Assembly (NCBI GenBank): GCA_040398005.1
Contig: JBBAUX010000003.1
Coordinates: forward strand, 14,381 to 78,380
Length of the DNA stretch: 64,000 nt
Origin: Opitutales bacterium
GTDB lineage: Bacteria > Verrucomicrobiota > Verrucomicrobiia > Opitutales > UBA953
Direction of reading: 5' to 3'
Position 1 is the first letter of the stretch. Each line of letters opens with the position of its first letter. A program made the translations under genes and the position numbers. Under the pieces are notes generated by a model, which was not told the DNA's origin, ran no database searches, and was given only the letters and a program-made list of their open reading frames with translations. Shown piece by piece: positions 49,154 through 59,416 of the stretch.

Positions 49154-52081
49154 CTACTGTGCTGCAGGAGCTGGAGCAGTAGGAGCGGCCGGAGTATTGT
49201 TAACCTCGATAGGCTCGCGGTAAACAGCACCACCTGGGGAAAGGATGACTGGATTGGAGAAGGTCGAACCTGCACGCATTCCTGGGTAGTTACTACGAAG
49301 GGTCGCACCACCTGGGGAAACGAGGTTAGCAGTAACGAACACAGTGAGGTTACGTTTAACGGTAGACTTACTGTTGGATCGGAAAGCGTTACCAAGGAGA
49401 GGAATGTCGCCCAAGACTGGAACCTTGTCGTTCACGGTCTTAACTTCTTCGCGGGTTAATCCACCGATGACTACCGTAGCACCGTCGAATACTGTAACGT
49501 CGGTTGTTACTTCGCGGGTGGTGAAGATAGGTTGGAAGAAACCAGAAGGCACTGAGACAGTTATCCCACCAGAGATAGCAATCGAGGTTCCGCCGTATTC
49601 AACGAAGCCTTCGAACTCAACGACCTTAGGTTTAAGATTGAGGGCGATTGAGTCATCGGCACCGACGGTTGGAGTGACTTCTAAAGTCACACCCACGTCT
49701 TGTACGGTAAAGTCTTGAGGAGTACCAGCGGTGATCGCAACAGCGTCGCCACCCGTTGTGGTGGCCGCAGAAACCTGGGCTTGGACGTCGCCGTACGACT
49801 GAGGATAGCGAAGTAATTGAGCAATTTTAACAATCGCCGTTTTACCATCTAACACCGTGAGACTTGGAGCGGACATTAAGTCTGCACCAGAGTTTTGCTC
49901 GATAGCTTTTAGGAAGATCGAGAGGTCATAAGAACCAATGGTTCCAATTTGGCTAGCAATACCACTGTCACCACCAAAATTAGCTAATTTACCTCCGTAA
50001 TTAGCAGTAGGGAATGCTGGAGGTAAGTTTTTTATAGGTGTAATTAAAGGAGGTGTGCCACTGAGAATCTGTCCATCAATCGATGTTGAATTGCTTCCGA
50101 ACACATCATTAATTGAACGGAGATTAGTTTGGGCACGAACACCGTTGGCATTTGATAGGCGCAGATTGCTGCTCAACTCATTAAGTGAAGATTCGGAAAC
50201 TTCGATGAACTTAGCTTCGATGTGAACCTGTTTGATATCAGAGTAACGACGAAGAATATTACGGATGCGTTCAAGATTCTTACGATTCTGCGTAACAATG
50301 AGTGTCGTACCATCATAATTAAGCACCGCACCCTGAACTTCGAACGATACGCCCGAGCGAGTTAAGAAGTTTTTGATACCTTCATTGCGAGGGTTAACAT
50401 CACCAGAGCCTGCGCCCGTGGTAGAGCTTGCGCCGAATGGATTAGCGGCTCCACCGGTGGTCGAAGCAGACACTCCAGTATTAAGACCAGTCATCTTAGT
50501 TTCAGCAGCGGAACTGAGTGGGAAGAATTCAGTTTCTAAATCGTTCGAACCAGAATCAGGACGAATTTCTAAAATGCCTTGATTGATGGTGTAAGTGAAG
50601 TTGACCTGCTTAGTAATTAAATCGATCGCCTTCTCTAAAGAGACATTACGCAGGGTCATATTCACCGAAGGATTCTTACGGTCTGGATCAATCACCACCA
50701 TGTTCACACCTTTATTTTCCTTATCGTAGGATTGGGAAATGTTGATGAGTTGGGTAATCGCGCGATCAAATGGCATGTCGCGGATATTGATTTCTGGAAC
50801 AGTGATTGAGCGGAGCTTATCAATGGTCGGATCCGTATCGGTCTTGCCCGTGGTGCCTGTTACTTCACGGTTGTAGACTTCAGGAAGTTTCCAACTCTCG
50901 TCGAGTAACTCGAACATCTTACCTTTGGTAACGCCACGATTCCATGCACCAGAATTTTCGGAGACGAATTGACGAATACGAACTTGGAAAGCTTTAGCTT
51001 CCGAGTTGTTTGGCTGGTACTGAAGAACTTCCCGATAAACGTCGAGCGCACCGGTGTAATCTCCGTAGAGATAACGCGCGCGACCCTTAACTAAGAGTTC
51101 TTCGATTTTTTGATCTTTAGCGCGGAGACCAGGTGAAAGGTCTTCAATATTGCGGTAGGTGGGATCGGACTTCTTGTCGTTAAATTCTGCACGTAGTGCG
51201 ACTGCCGTAGCTTCATCCACTTTTAAGTTTTCGAAATCTTTGATGTAACCATCGGCCTTGGTCATCTCGCGGGCCTCAATGGCGGCGAGGGCACGACGAG
51301 AATAAATAGCGGCTACGTCATTTTTGATGCGGGCAGCGAGTTTCGCGGTAGCGATGTTATTAGGCAGACCCTGTTTGGCCTTATCTAATTTTTCTTTCGC
51401 GGCGTCATAATCTTCATCACGGATTAAGTTTTCGGCCTCAACAACGAGCGCCGTCGAAGCGCTGATCTTAACATCATTTAATTTGGCAATGCGGTCAATT
51501 TCAGCACGCGCAATAGCATCGGTTCCTTGGTCACCCGCTTCGCGACGACCTAAGATGTCTTGGCGAGTAAGCGCGATTTCGTCGCGTAATGTCTGTGCGG
51601 TTGGATTGCTAGGAAGGGCACCATTAGCACCATCGAGGATTCTGAGTGCTTCTTTGTAATTTGCTTGGTCGGCTGATTCCTTAGCCTTAGCGATGGCAGT
51701 CTCAACTTCGCGATAGAGATTTTGGTGAGATGATTCAACAGTGGTGATGAGATCGGTGGGTTTAGCTGGCTCGCTGGATTTGACCACAACAGGTTCTGCG
51801 ACAACGGGAGTGCCCGACTTAGTTGCTTCAGCGGCGGAGATAGCCGCGTTAACCGAAGCTAAGCCCTCTTTGGCACCTTCGTCCGCTTGATCTAATTTTT
51901 GGAGCGCTTCATAGCGGGCGCGTGCGGTTTTTAAGTCGCCTTCTTCGCGGGCCTTGAGTGCCTCGGAAAGAATTTGGGTCTTTTGCTTAATCGGATCGCT
52001 GTCCTGAGCGATCAGCGAGCCAACCGCAATGACTGCGGCGAGACAGGCCCAAGCAAATGTGTTACGTGTGATAGTTTTCAT
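49154..52081 (-). CDS. Secretin (PilQ/GspD family) with long TPR-like N-terminus; Amuc_1098-like
   Basis: QVHIEAKFIEV, LMSAPS, VGVTLEVTP, DGATVVIGGL, KVPVLGDIPLLG.AFR; signal peptide. Confidence 0.93.
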   Translation of the reverse strand: MKTITRNTFAWACLAAVIAVGSLIAQDSDPIKQKTQILSEALKAREEGDLKTARARYEALQKLDQADEGAKEGLASVNAAISAAEATKSGTPVVAEPVVVKSSEPAKPTDLITTVESSHQNLYREVETAIAKAKESADQANYKEALRILDGANGALPSNPTAQTLRDEIALTRQDILGRREAGDQGTDAIARAEIDRIAKLNDVKISASTALVVEAENLIRDEDYDAAKEKLDKAKQGLPNNIATAKLAARIKNDVAAIYSRRALAAIEAREMTKADGYIKDFENLKVDEATAVALRAEFNDKKSDPTYRNIEDLSPGLRAKDQKIEELLVKGRARYLYGDYTGALDVYREVLQYQPNNSEAKAFQVRIRQFVSENSGAWNRGVTKGKMFELLDESWKLPEVYNREVTGTTGKTDTDPTIDKLRSITVPEINIRDMPFDRAITQLINISQSYDKENKGVNMVVIDPDRKNPSVNMTLRNVSLEKAIDLITKQVNFTYTINQGILEIRPDSGSNDLETEFFPLSSAAETKMTGLNTGVSASTTGGAANPFGASSTTGAGSGDVNPRNEGIKNFLTRSGVSFEVQGAVLNYDGTTLIVTQNRKNLERIRNILRRYSDIKQVHIEAKFIEVSESSLNELSSNLRLSNANGVRAQTNLRSINDVFGSNSTSIDGQILSGTPPLITPIKNLPPAFPTANYGGKLANFGGDSGIASQIGTIGSYDLSIFLKAIEQNSGADLMSAPSLTVLDGKTAIVKIAQLLRYPQSYGDVQAQVSAATTTGGDAVAITAGTPQDFTVQDVGVTLEVTPTVGADDSIALNLKPKVVEFEGFVEYGGTSIAISGGITVSVPSGFFQPIFTTREVTTDVTVFDGATVVIGGLTREEVKTVNDKVPVLGDIPLLGNAFRSNSKSTVKRNLTVFVTANLVSPGGATLRSNYPGMRAGSTFSNPVILSPGGAVYREPIEVNNTPAAPTAPAPAAQ

Positions 52082-52099
52082 CGGAGCTTAAAGGGTATT

Positions 52100-53026
52100 T
52101 TATTTAGTAAGTTTGGTTTTGTCTTTTTCTTTGGAAGTGGGGGTCGCAGATTTGGGGTCTACGGGAGCAGGTAGGGATAAAACCTGTTGGTCGGATCTTT
52201 GGCCCTTTTTGGGGTCGAGAACGTACTTCTTCTCAACGGTCACGGTCTTGTTTACTAAGTCAATGTCTTTGATAATGTAATGGGCTTTTTCGTGCTTAAA
52301 ATCATCGCCTTTCTTATGGAAAGTCCATGATTTGGCTGGGTCATCGGTTGCGGCAATAACCACGTTGATTGTATCCTTAAACTCGAGCGGTTTTTCATCG
52401 TTAATGGTAACCTTGCGACCCAATAATCTATCATCTAATACCAAAATCTTTTGTTGAAAGCCATCCGGCTGTTTAACGACCTTATACTCGAGGGGATAGA
52501 CCGGAGTCTTATCGTTCAGAGGACGCTTTAAGCGACACTTCTCAAACCATTCCTTGGTTTGGGTATTCTCAATGGAAAACTCCCTGTCCTCTTCCTTGCC
52601 AGACTTTCCAGCAACGGTGGAGCGCAAGACGTAGGGGTAAGTGGGGTGACCAACGCTGACCAGCGAAACTCCAAAGGGTGGCAGAGGTATCACCTTCTTG
52701 TTCGCTGGAACGTACTCGGCTTGGGAAGGATCCCAGGCGATATCAATAGTGGTGAAGAGATCATAATCCCACCCGTCGTCATTTTCTTCGGGAGCCAGCC
52801 AATTATCTTTAATCTCTGAATTGAAAACTAATTTAGGGGTCGTGGGGTATTCAACACCGGCGGCAGATTGTTTTAATTCGGGAATCGCTTTTTCACGATC
52901 CTCATCCGCTGGAACCAACGGCTTTACGCCAGCCAGACCTTCACTCAAAGCCAACCAGCCTAGGCCTGCCAAAATAAATACGACCAGTGCGATTAAAACA
53001 GCTAACACGTCTTTTTTGAAATTCAT
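52100..53026 (-). CDS. Membrane-anchored pilus-system accessory protein (Amuc_1099 position)
   Basis: Single N-terminal TM; lies between the PilO-like gene and the secretin. Confidence 0.6.
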   Translation of the reverse strand: MNFKKDVLAVLIALVVFILAGLGWLALSEGLAGVKPLVPADEDREKAIPELKQSAAGVEYPTTPKLVFNSEIKDNWLAPEENDDGWDYDLFTTIDIAWDPSQAEYVPANKKVIPLPPFGVSLVSVGHPTYPYVLRSTVAGKSGKEEDREFSIENTQTKEWFEKCRLKRPLNDKTPVYPLEYKVVKQPDGFQQKILVLDDRLLGRKVTINDEKPLEFKDTINVVIAATDDPAKSWTFHKKGDDFKHEKAHYIIKDIDLVNKTVTVEKKYVLDPKKGQRSDQQVLSLPAPVDPKSATPTSKEKDKTKLTK

Positions 53027-53041
53027 AGTTGAGTGGGAGTT

Positions 53042-54133
53042 TTATTTTTTAGGCTCAGCGTCGGCAGCGGGCTTATCTTCAGGAGCCGAAAGATAATCGA
53101 TTTGTAGAGTCATTTCGGAAAAGTTTTGGTGAACAACCACTTTACGTTCTTCCTTGGCTGGAGCTATTGGAGTCGCGGAGGAACCTAAAACAGGAGAGGC
53201 GGTAAAGTCTAAAGGCTCGGCGGCAACCAAGTTAGCAACACCCATATTGGCAATCGCATTGGTTCCTAAAACCTTCAGCGACTCGGGCTGAGGATTATTA
53301 ATTTCAATCGAAGTGATGACAATCGGACGTCCACTAGTTCTAATTTTGTTAATGAACGTGCGCAGCGTGGGAGTCGTTGCGATGAAACGAACTCGGAAAG
53401 AAAGTCCATCAACCAAGGGAGGATTACGGAGCGTACGGGTAGGTGTAAATTCGTCATTTTCACCGCGCGCGCCTTCCACGGGTCCAAAAGTACCCGCGTT
53501 GGGTTTTCCGGCAGCGATGACTTCATAAGTTTCAATCGGTTCGCGATCGATAGACTGTAATAAAATCGGACTGCGATTAGGCGTGTTAGGACGAGAGTCG
53601 ACGAGAGTCTTATACAAAAAATCGATAATTTGTAATTGTTGGTCAACCTTGGCTAAGGTCGCACCTTTAGGAGACGTACCCGGGTTGCGAATGTATCGGC
53701 GAAAACCGAATTCGCATTTTTCATTAGCGAGCATACGAATATCTTTATCCGCAGCTAACTTGGTCCACTCGTCCACATTCTGTTTGATCGATGAAGCCAA
53801 ATCGGAACTCGCTAAGTTTTCCTTCCCGACAAAACGGTTGGTCGACACTGCGGAAATAGCCAAGCGAAGATCGTCGCGCTGCTTTACCAGTGCATCGTAG
53901 TCTTGCTTCGAGGCACTGACATTTGTTGTCGTCAGAGAAACAGGAGGCACGCCAGAAATAATTTCCTGGCCCTTCAATAGCGTACGATAACTGCTTAATT
54001 GATTTTTGAGTTTCTTCTCTTCTTCCACCCGACTGTTATTGCTCAAAAAACAAAGCACTACGCCGGCCACAAAACCAAGGGCGAGCAGGATGATAAGGAT
54101 ATAAAAGCCTTTATTCTTTTTAAAATTTTCCAT
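53042..54133 (-). CDS. Amuc_1100-like (PilO/GspM-like) protein
   Basis: N-terminal TM, coiled coil, FGF.RY, F...T..LR.FIN, operon position. Confidence 0.72.
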   Translation of the reverse strand: MENFKKNKGFYILIILLALGFVAGVVLCFLSNNSRVEEEKKLKNQLSSYRTLLKGQEIISGVPPVSLTTTNVSASKQDYDALVKQRDDLRLAISAVSTNRFVGKENLASSDLASSIKQNVDEWTKLAADKDIRMLANEKCEFGFRRYIRNPGTSPKGATLAKVDQQLQIIDFLYKTLVDSRPNTPNRSPILLQSIDREPIETYEVIAAGKPNAGTFGPVEGARGENDEFTPTRTLRNPPLVDGLSFRVRFIATTPTLRTFINKIRTSGRPIVITSIEINNPQPESLKVLGTNAIANMGVANLVAAEPLDFTASPVLGSSATPIAPAKEERKVVVHQNFSEMTLQIDYLSAPEDKPAADAEPKK

Positions 54134-54138
54134 GGAAA

Positions 54139-55833
54139 TTAAAGAGTTTTTTCGGATTTAATTACCAGCGTGAGAGTGGTACGTGGAACATTAGCCTCCT
54201 TAGTGAAATCTACTTTAATTTCATCTTCAGGAATTTCGGCAACGAAGGGGGATTTCTTAAGGTTTTCTAATAAGGTAGCTTTACGCTCTTTAAATTCTTG
54301 GGCCTTGAAAGATTTTCCAGGGGGAACTTTTTCCAACAAGGTGCGGGTCGTGATCGTGATTTTGGTAACGTTAGTCGCGACCCTCGAAGCATCTGGATCT
54401 GTACTAGTCGTGGCGATGACGGCGGGCTCTCGACGAACCCGTAATTCCTCAATCCAAGTATTCTTAGCGGTGAGTACTCTTGACTGTAAATCAGCGAGGA
54501 AAATTGGCCAGTTTGGTGAACTGGAAACCACAAACTCCAATTGTTCATTAACCGCTAAGACCACTAGAGAATCTTCTCGGGTTTGTTTAATCGTCTTCTG
54601 GTAATTAATCAGTTCATCCGATTTTTTCTTAAGTGTCTTGGTTTGTTCTTTATTATAATCAACCCCAGCATTGAGCGTGAACAAGATAGGTACCGGGGCG
54701 AGTGCGAGGAGCAGAGCAGCGACCACGAATTTAATTTTTTGTGATTCGAAACTAATTTGTCTGGCGATATCGCGAGGAATTAAATTAACGCCGAGTGCCG
54801 CCGGTGAAAGTAATCGTGAGGCCTCTCCCACTACTTCCGAAAGCTGGTGAATATGCTGCATGACATATTCGGCATTAATATCCGAGCTCAGTGAAATAAC
54901 ACCGAGCGGATTAAATTCTTCGACGGGTAAAGCGAGTGCTTCGCTCAACTGTTGGCTTAATCCAGGAACTTGGCTACTGCGACCCGTGATGACAATTTTG
55001 GTCGGACGACGACCCGAGCGCTTGATACTGATGAGGCGGCGATTAATATCCTGACTCAGTCGACGGTTAAAGCTTTGCTTGTTGGCCTCTAAAATAGCGA
55101 ACTGGGGATCAGACTCGGGTAATTGAATGACGTGAGTGAAGAAACCTACCTTGAGCGACTCCGCGTTAATCACTGGCTGGCCGGTGTTATCCGAAATACC
55201 TTGAGTGAGTAAATTGCCACCAAGATTAGCGGCCTGAATGCTCGTTCCCTTCGAACTAATAAAGCTTAATCCTGTGGTGCGAGCACCTACGTTGATAAAT
55301 AAAATTTCTTCATCATCAGCAATACCACCACTGACAAATTGTTGAGCCTGCACATCTAAAATCGGAGCGGCTTGGATGACTTGCGGACGAATACCAGTCA
55401 GCGCAATCGCGTTAGCAATCCGTCCAGCTTGATCCGTACGCAGAGCAAAAAGTAAAACTTCTGCCTCCACCCCGTCGGTCGACATAATCTGACTATCCCA
55501 AACCACTTCGTTGAGCGGATAAGGAATATTATTTTGCGCCTCAAAGGCGATGACCTGGGCCTGGCGGGCACTATCTACTTGGGCGACTTTTAAAGATTTT
55601 TGTAAGAGTAAAAAACTGGGAACGATAACGGTAGCAGTGCCCTTGATATTTTTATTGGAAGCTAAACGAGCGACGGCACTGGTCGCCGCATTAATCCATT
55701 CTTCATCACCTAGAGCCGGAGTTAAGTCCTCGGTGTAAAATTGTTCTAAAATTAACTTAGCGCCATCCGCACGAAAGGCCGAAATGGAAACGTGCGAAGC
55801 AGCGAGGTTAACGATTAAATTTTTCTTACTCAT
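54139..55833 (-). CDS. pilM: PilM-like actin-fold protein fused to a PilN-like domain (Amuc_1101-like)
   Basis: FEAQ..IPYPL.EVVWD, INVGA.TT, GG..LT, ITG; then VNLIP + TM + coiled coil. Confidence 0.85.
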   Translation of the reverse strand: MSKKNLIVNLAASHVSISAFRADGAKLILEQFYTEDLTPALGDEEWINAATSAVARLASNKNIKGTATVIVPSFLLLQKSLKVAQVDSARQAQVIAFEAQNNIPYPLNEVVWDSQIMSTDGVEAEVLLFALRTDQAGRIANAIALTGIRPQVIQAAPILDVQAQQFVSGGIADDEEILFINVGARTTGLSFISSKGTSIQAANLGGNLLTQGISDNTGQPVINAESLKVGFFTHVIQLPESDPQFAILEANKQSFNRRLSQDINRRLISIKRSGRRPTKIVITGRSSQVPGLSQQLSEALALPVEEFNPLGVISLSSDINAEYVMQHIHQLSEVVGEASRLLSPAALGVNLIPRDIARQISFESQKIKFVVAALLLALAPVPILFTLNAGVDYNKEQTKTLKKKSDELINYQKTIKQTREDSLVVLAVNEQLEFVVSSSPNWPIFLADLQSRVLTAKNTWIEELRVRREPAVIATTSTDPDASRVATNVTKITITTRTLLEKVPPGKSFKAQEFKERKATLLENLKKSPFVAEIPEDEIKVDFTKEANVPRTTLTLVIKSEKTL

Positions 55834-55848
55834 TCTTCAAAAAGTAGA

Positions 55849-56559
55849 TTATTTAGCAGATAAATCTTCCCGAATGAATTCCGGGCTAGGAGGAACCACG
55901 TTGGGAACTTCAGGGTAGTTGACGAGGAATTGTGGACGCAGGATACCAGGATTATTTCCAGCACAACGGTCAGCGACGTCTTTAGCTCCATCGAAGTTTT
56001 TCTTTTGAGATAAGTCGCGAGAAATGGCGCGAGATTGCTCGGCAATTACACTGCCCTTCGCATCAAAAAGAGGTTCTTCATTTCCCGAAACTTCGGGCTG
56101 AACATAATAATAGTCGGGCTCTTTACGAAGATTGTCGCGCTTGACCACGTCCCCTGGCAAATAAAACGAAACAGTGCGCGGTTGGTTTACTTCGAGGGTT
56201 AAGATAGTGACCGCCGAGCGATAATAATTCCAATCTTCGGGCTTCGGCGATTTTGTTTTATAAACCTGCGTGACCGTAAGTTTAATTTTATCGACCCAGG
56301 TTTTATTGAGTGCTTTGGGATCAGGATTATAATTGGCCGCAACCTCTACCTGCATGCGGTTCCAGGGGTTAATTTGTCCGCCTAATCTGTGCTGAAAAAA
56401 CTTAACATCTTTGACCACAATTACCGATTTCAAAGTGGCAGACTGGGCCTTTTCGGACGCAGCATTACCCCCCTGTGTGGCGGTCGCTTGGGCGAACAGT
56501 CCTACAGGGAAAAAAACCAACACCAGGAGTACGGTGTGTACGGCTTTATTAAGGGGCAT
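55849..56559 (-). CDS. Exported protein, first gene of the pilus-like operon (Amuc_1102 position)
   Basis: Signal peptide from MPLNKAV (56559); W..MQVE, FYLP.....R motifs. Confidence 0.62.
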   Translation of the reverse strand: MPLNKAVHTVLLVLVFFPVGLFAQATATQGGNAASEKAQSATLKSVIVVKDVKFFQHRLGGQINPWNRMQVEVAANYNPDPKALNKTWVDKIKLTVTQVYKTKSPKPEDWNYYRSAVTILTLEVNQPRTVSFYLPGDVVKRDNLRKEPDYYYVQPEVSGNEEPLFDAKGSVIAEQSRAISRDLSQKKNFDGAKDVADRCAGNNPGILRPQFLVNYPEVPNVVPPSPEFIREDLSAK

Positions 56560-56625
56560 AAGCAATCTATCGGTAGGATACGCTGCCCTATTGGCAAATG
56601 TAAAAAGGCGGGAATTGAAATTTAG

Positions 56626-56642
56626 ATGCAAATAACTTGCAT
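56626..56642. promoter_or_regulatory. Palindromic operator overlapping the -35 of the metal ABC operon (Fur/Zur-family-like)
   Basis: ATGCAA-ATAAC-TTGCAT; TTGCAT begins 36 nt before the ATG at 56673. Confidence 0.6.
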
Positions 56643-56672
56643 TAAGGCGGGGCGAGATTTAGACCTAATAAC

Positions 56673-57509
56673 ATGCTTCGATTGATCGTTCTTGGCGGCC
56701 TCTATTTGGGCATGATTATTGATGCCCAAGCGCAAATAACATCCAGCTTCACGATTATCGATTATTGGGTCGGAAAACTAGTGACTGGGACGGCCACTAT
56801 TCATCAATCCATCATCCCTAGCGGCGGAGAACTGCATGGCTATCAATTAAGCCCATCGGATAGTCTAAAACTCTCTAAATCACAGGTAATCGTTGGCTTA
56901 AACCCTCATTCCGAACCTTGGCTAAACGATTGGATTAAGGCAAATAACCGCTCGGCTTCAGTCATTTGGATCAATGAAAAGTTTGATCAGGTATCCCACC
57001 CTTGGATGAGTCCGGCCGTCTCAAAAGCCATGGTAAAAACACTCCATGACGGATTAATGATTCGAAAATTAAGTTCAGAAGTTAATCTAAATCAATTACT
57101 TAGAGAAATAAATGATGCCGAGCTATCAGTCCGCCGGGTATTTGCCACCGTTCCGGAAAATCGCCGAATCATCATCACCCAGCACCCTAATCTATCGGCT
57201 TTTGCTGAGGCATTTAATCTCGAAGTGGCAGGCAGCATCCTCGAAAGCCCCGAAGCGGAATCCGCTGATCCGTCGGCGCAAAAATACTCTCAACTATTAA
57301 AACTCATCAAAGCCCGAAATATCCGGGTGATTACCTGCGACACCGGCCAAAATAATCGCGTAGCACAACAACTCACCAAAGATGCAGAAATCAGTCCACC
57401 CCTCCCCCTTACCGTGGAGTACCTTGAAAAGAGTGGGACACCGGGCGATACTTGGCCAAGCATGATGCTCATCAATGCTGAGAAAATTTCGGAAGCTCTT
57501 AAAAAATAA
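56673..57509 (+). CDS. Zn/Mn ABC transporter substrate-binding protein (ZnuA/TroA family)
   Basis: ELHGYQLSPSD, HPWMSP, ITQH, A..F.L, PSA. Confidence 0.87.
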   Translation: MLRLIVLGGLYLGMIIDAQAQITSSFTIIDYWVGKLVTGTATIHQSIIPSGGELHGYQLSPSDSLKLSKSQVIVGLNPHSEPWLNDWIKANNRSASVIWINEKFDQVSHPWMSPAVSKAMVKTLHDGLMIRKLSSEVNLNQLLREINDAELSVRRVFATVPENRRIIITQHPNLSAFAEAFNLEVAGSILESPEAESADPSAQKYSQLLKLIKARNIRVITCDTGQNNRVAQQLTKDAEISPPLPLTVEYLEKSGTPGDTWPSMMLINAEKISEALKK

Positions 57510-58294
57510 TGTCTCCTCCCCCATCCCATTTAAGAAAACTATTTTCGGGAGCGTTCAATAATTTGTTTCCCGCCGTGCCGTATGCGGCGACCGAAACCAG
57601 TGAGTCCGGAGATTGGGCAGTGGAAGTTAAAAATCTCGCCGTGCAGATTAAATCTCAGAACTCGCCAGTTTTTTCCGACGTGAGTTTTGAAATCCCCGTC
57701 CACTGTCGCACCGCACTGATTGGTCCCAACGGTTCCGGAAAATCAACTCTACTTAAGACGCTAGCTGGACTGATTCCCCAATACACCGGAGAGATTAAAT
57801 TATTTGGCAGCCAGCCACGCCTCGGACGCAGTCGAATTGCCTACCTAGCGCAGAGTCCGCAATTAAATCCCGATTTTCCACTGCAACTTAAAAGGCTCGT
57901 GCAAATGGGCACCTACGCGCACCACGGATGGTTTGAAGAGTGCCATCATGCCGACGAAAAAGTAGCTTCGGCCCTTAAACTTTTAGAGCTGGAAGATTTA
58001 GTGGATCGCTCGGTGCACAATCTTTCAGGCGGACAATTACAACGCGGCCTGTTAGCACGAGCCGCCGTGCAGGGTGCGGAGATTCTCCTCTTGGATGAAC
58101 CCTATGCTGCGCTCGATACGAAAAGCAGAGAGATTGTGGAAAATTTTCTTTTTCACAAAGATAATTCCTTCACCGTGATTATGGCGACGCATGAAACGGC
58201 GGACTCGCAAAAATTCGATCGAGTCTTGGAGATTCGCGACGGGTGTTTAAAAACCACTCACGCCTGTGCGGGGCATAAAAATCATCATGCTTAA
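57509..58294 (+). CDS. Zn/Mn ABC transporter ATPase
   Basis: GPNGSGKST, LSGGQLQR, LLDEP, TH; His/Cys-rich tail. Confidence 0.92.
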   Translation: MSPPPSHLRKLFSGAFNNLFPAVPYAATETSESGDWAVEVKNLAVQIKSQNSPVFSDVSFEIPVHCRTALIGPNGSGKSTLLKTLAGLIPQYTGEIKLFGSQPRLGRSRIAYLAQSPQLNPDFPLQLKRLVQMGTYAHHGWFEECHHADEKVASALKLLELEDLVDRSVHNLSGGQLQRGLLARAAVQGAEILLLDEPYAALDTKSREIVENFLFHKDNSFTVIMATHETADSQKFDRVLEIRDGCLKTTHACAGHKNHHA

Positions 58295-59093
58295 CACCCT
58301 CCTCTCCGCCTTTCAGGAAGATTTTTTTCTCCGTGCCCTGCTCGCTTTATTTTTAAGCGGAATCTCCGCCGCCTGCCTAGGTTCTTATATTGTTTTAAGA
58401 CGAATGTCGTTCATCAGCACCGCCATGACTCATTCGGTTTTACCAGGCGTCGTGGGGGCGGTTCTGCTTGGATTTTCTGCTTATTGGGGTGCGCTCATTG
58501 CCGCATTACTCACCGCCGCGGGGATCGCCTGGATTTCATCGCGCAAGGGAAGTAGCGAGGATAGTGCGATTGGCGTCATGCTGTCGGTGATGTTTGCCCT
58601 CGGCATTGCTTTTATGGGCCTGTCCCATTCGTGGCGTGATTTTACCGGACTGCTTTTTGGAAGCATTGTTTCTGTCAGCGCAGAAGACATTGGGGTGATT
58701 TTGGGCACCACGTTGATTGTCCTTTTTTGCCTAAGACTCGTGCATAAGGAATTGGAGCTGGCCTCTTTTAACGAAGAATATGCTCACCTCTTGGGTGCCA
58801 GACCTGGATTACTTAGAGCCGTGCTGCTCATCTTGATTGCCTTAGCGGCCGTGGCTAGCGTGCGCTTAGTGGGAGCACTCCTGACGACGGCTCTTTTTAT
58901 TATTCCTTCAACGACCGGTGTTTTAATCGGAAAAAATCTCAAAGAAGTGATGTTCTGGAGCGTGCTCTGTGCCTGCGGTGGAGGCACCCTTGGTCTCCTC
59001 ATTTCCTACTCCTTCCAAGGAATTCCTGCGGGTGCGGCCATTGTACTCGGCTGCGCAATTCCCTATTTCGTCGTCCGAATTAAAAAGGCTTAA
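58287..59093 (+). CDS. Zn/Mn ABC transporter permease (ABC-3)
   Basis: LRRMSF...AM.HSVLPG, EDSAIG, LFGSI, VGALL. Confidence 0.92.
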   Translation: MLNTLLSAFQEDFFLRALLALFLSGISAACLGSYIVLRRMSFISTAMTHSVLPGVVGAVLLGFSAYWGALIAALLTAAGIAWISSRKGSSEDSAIGVMLSVMFALGIAFMGLSHSWRDFTGLLFGSIVSVSAEDIGVILGTTLIVLFCLRLVHKELELASFNEEYAHLLGARPGLLRAVLLILIALAAVASVRLVGALLTTALFIIPSTTGVLIGKNLKEVMFWSVLCACGGGTLGLLISYSFQGIPAGAAIVLGCAIPYFVVRIKKA

Positions 59094-59410
59094 AGACGGG
59101 GCGAAGAAGAATCTTCTGAACCCGCTGGCGAACCACTCTCACCGCGGAATTCGTCCCGGGAAGAACGGTCTCTTGGATAGTCAGAACCGCGTTCACCCCT
59201 ATGAGATGAACGCGAAGAGGAGGAATGTCTGGAACGACGAGAAGAACGACCCGATGAATGACGAGAAAAACCGCGACTTTGGCGTGATCCACTGCGGCGT
59301 AAATGGCGGCTGCGACGTTCACGTTTTGAGAGCATCCAACTTCTAAAACCAAATACGACGGCCATGGTGACGGCAGCGAAGGCTAACATATAAGGGAGAA
59401 CGCTTTCCAT
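59090..59410 (-). CDS. Small single-TM protein with Arg/Ser-rich tail
   Basis: Hydrophobic N-terminus, low-complexity RS region, own consensus-like promoter. Confidence 0.65.
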   Translation of the reverse strand: MESVLPYMLAFAAVTMAVVFGFRSWMLSKRERRSRHLRRSGSRQSRGFSRHSSGRSSRRSRHSSSSRSSHRGERGSDYPRDRSSRDEFRGESGSPAGSEDSSSPRL

Positions 59411-59416
59411 GCTTCG

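Noticed and set aside
58969..59352. ORFs 58969-59346 (+) and 59080-59352 (-)
   Set aside because: Alternative frames over the 59090-59410 gene, which has the TM segment and the promoter.
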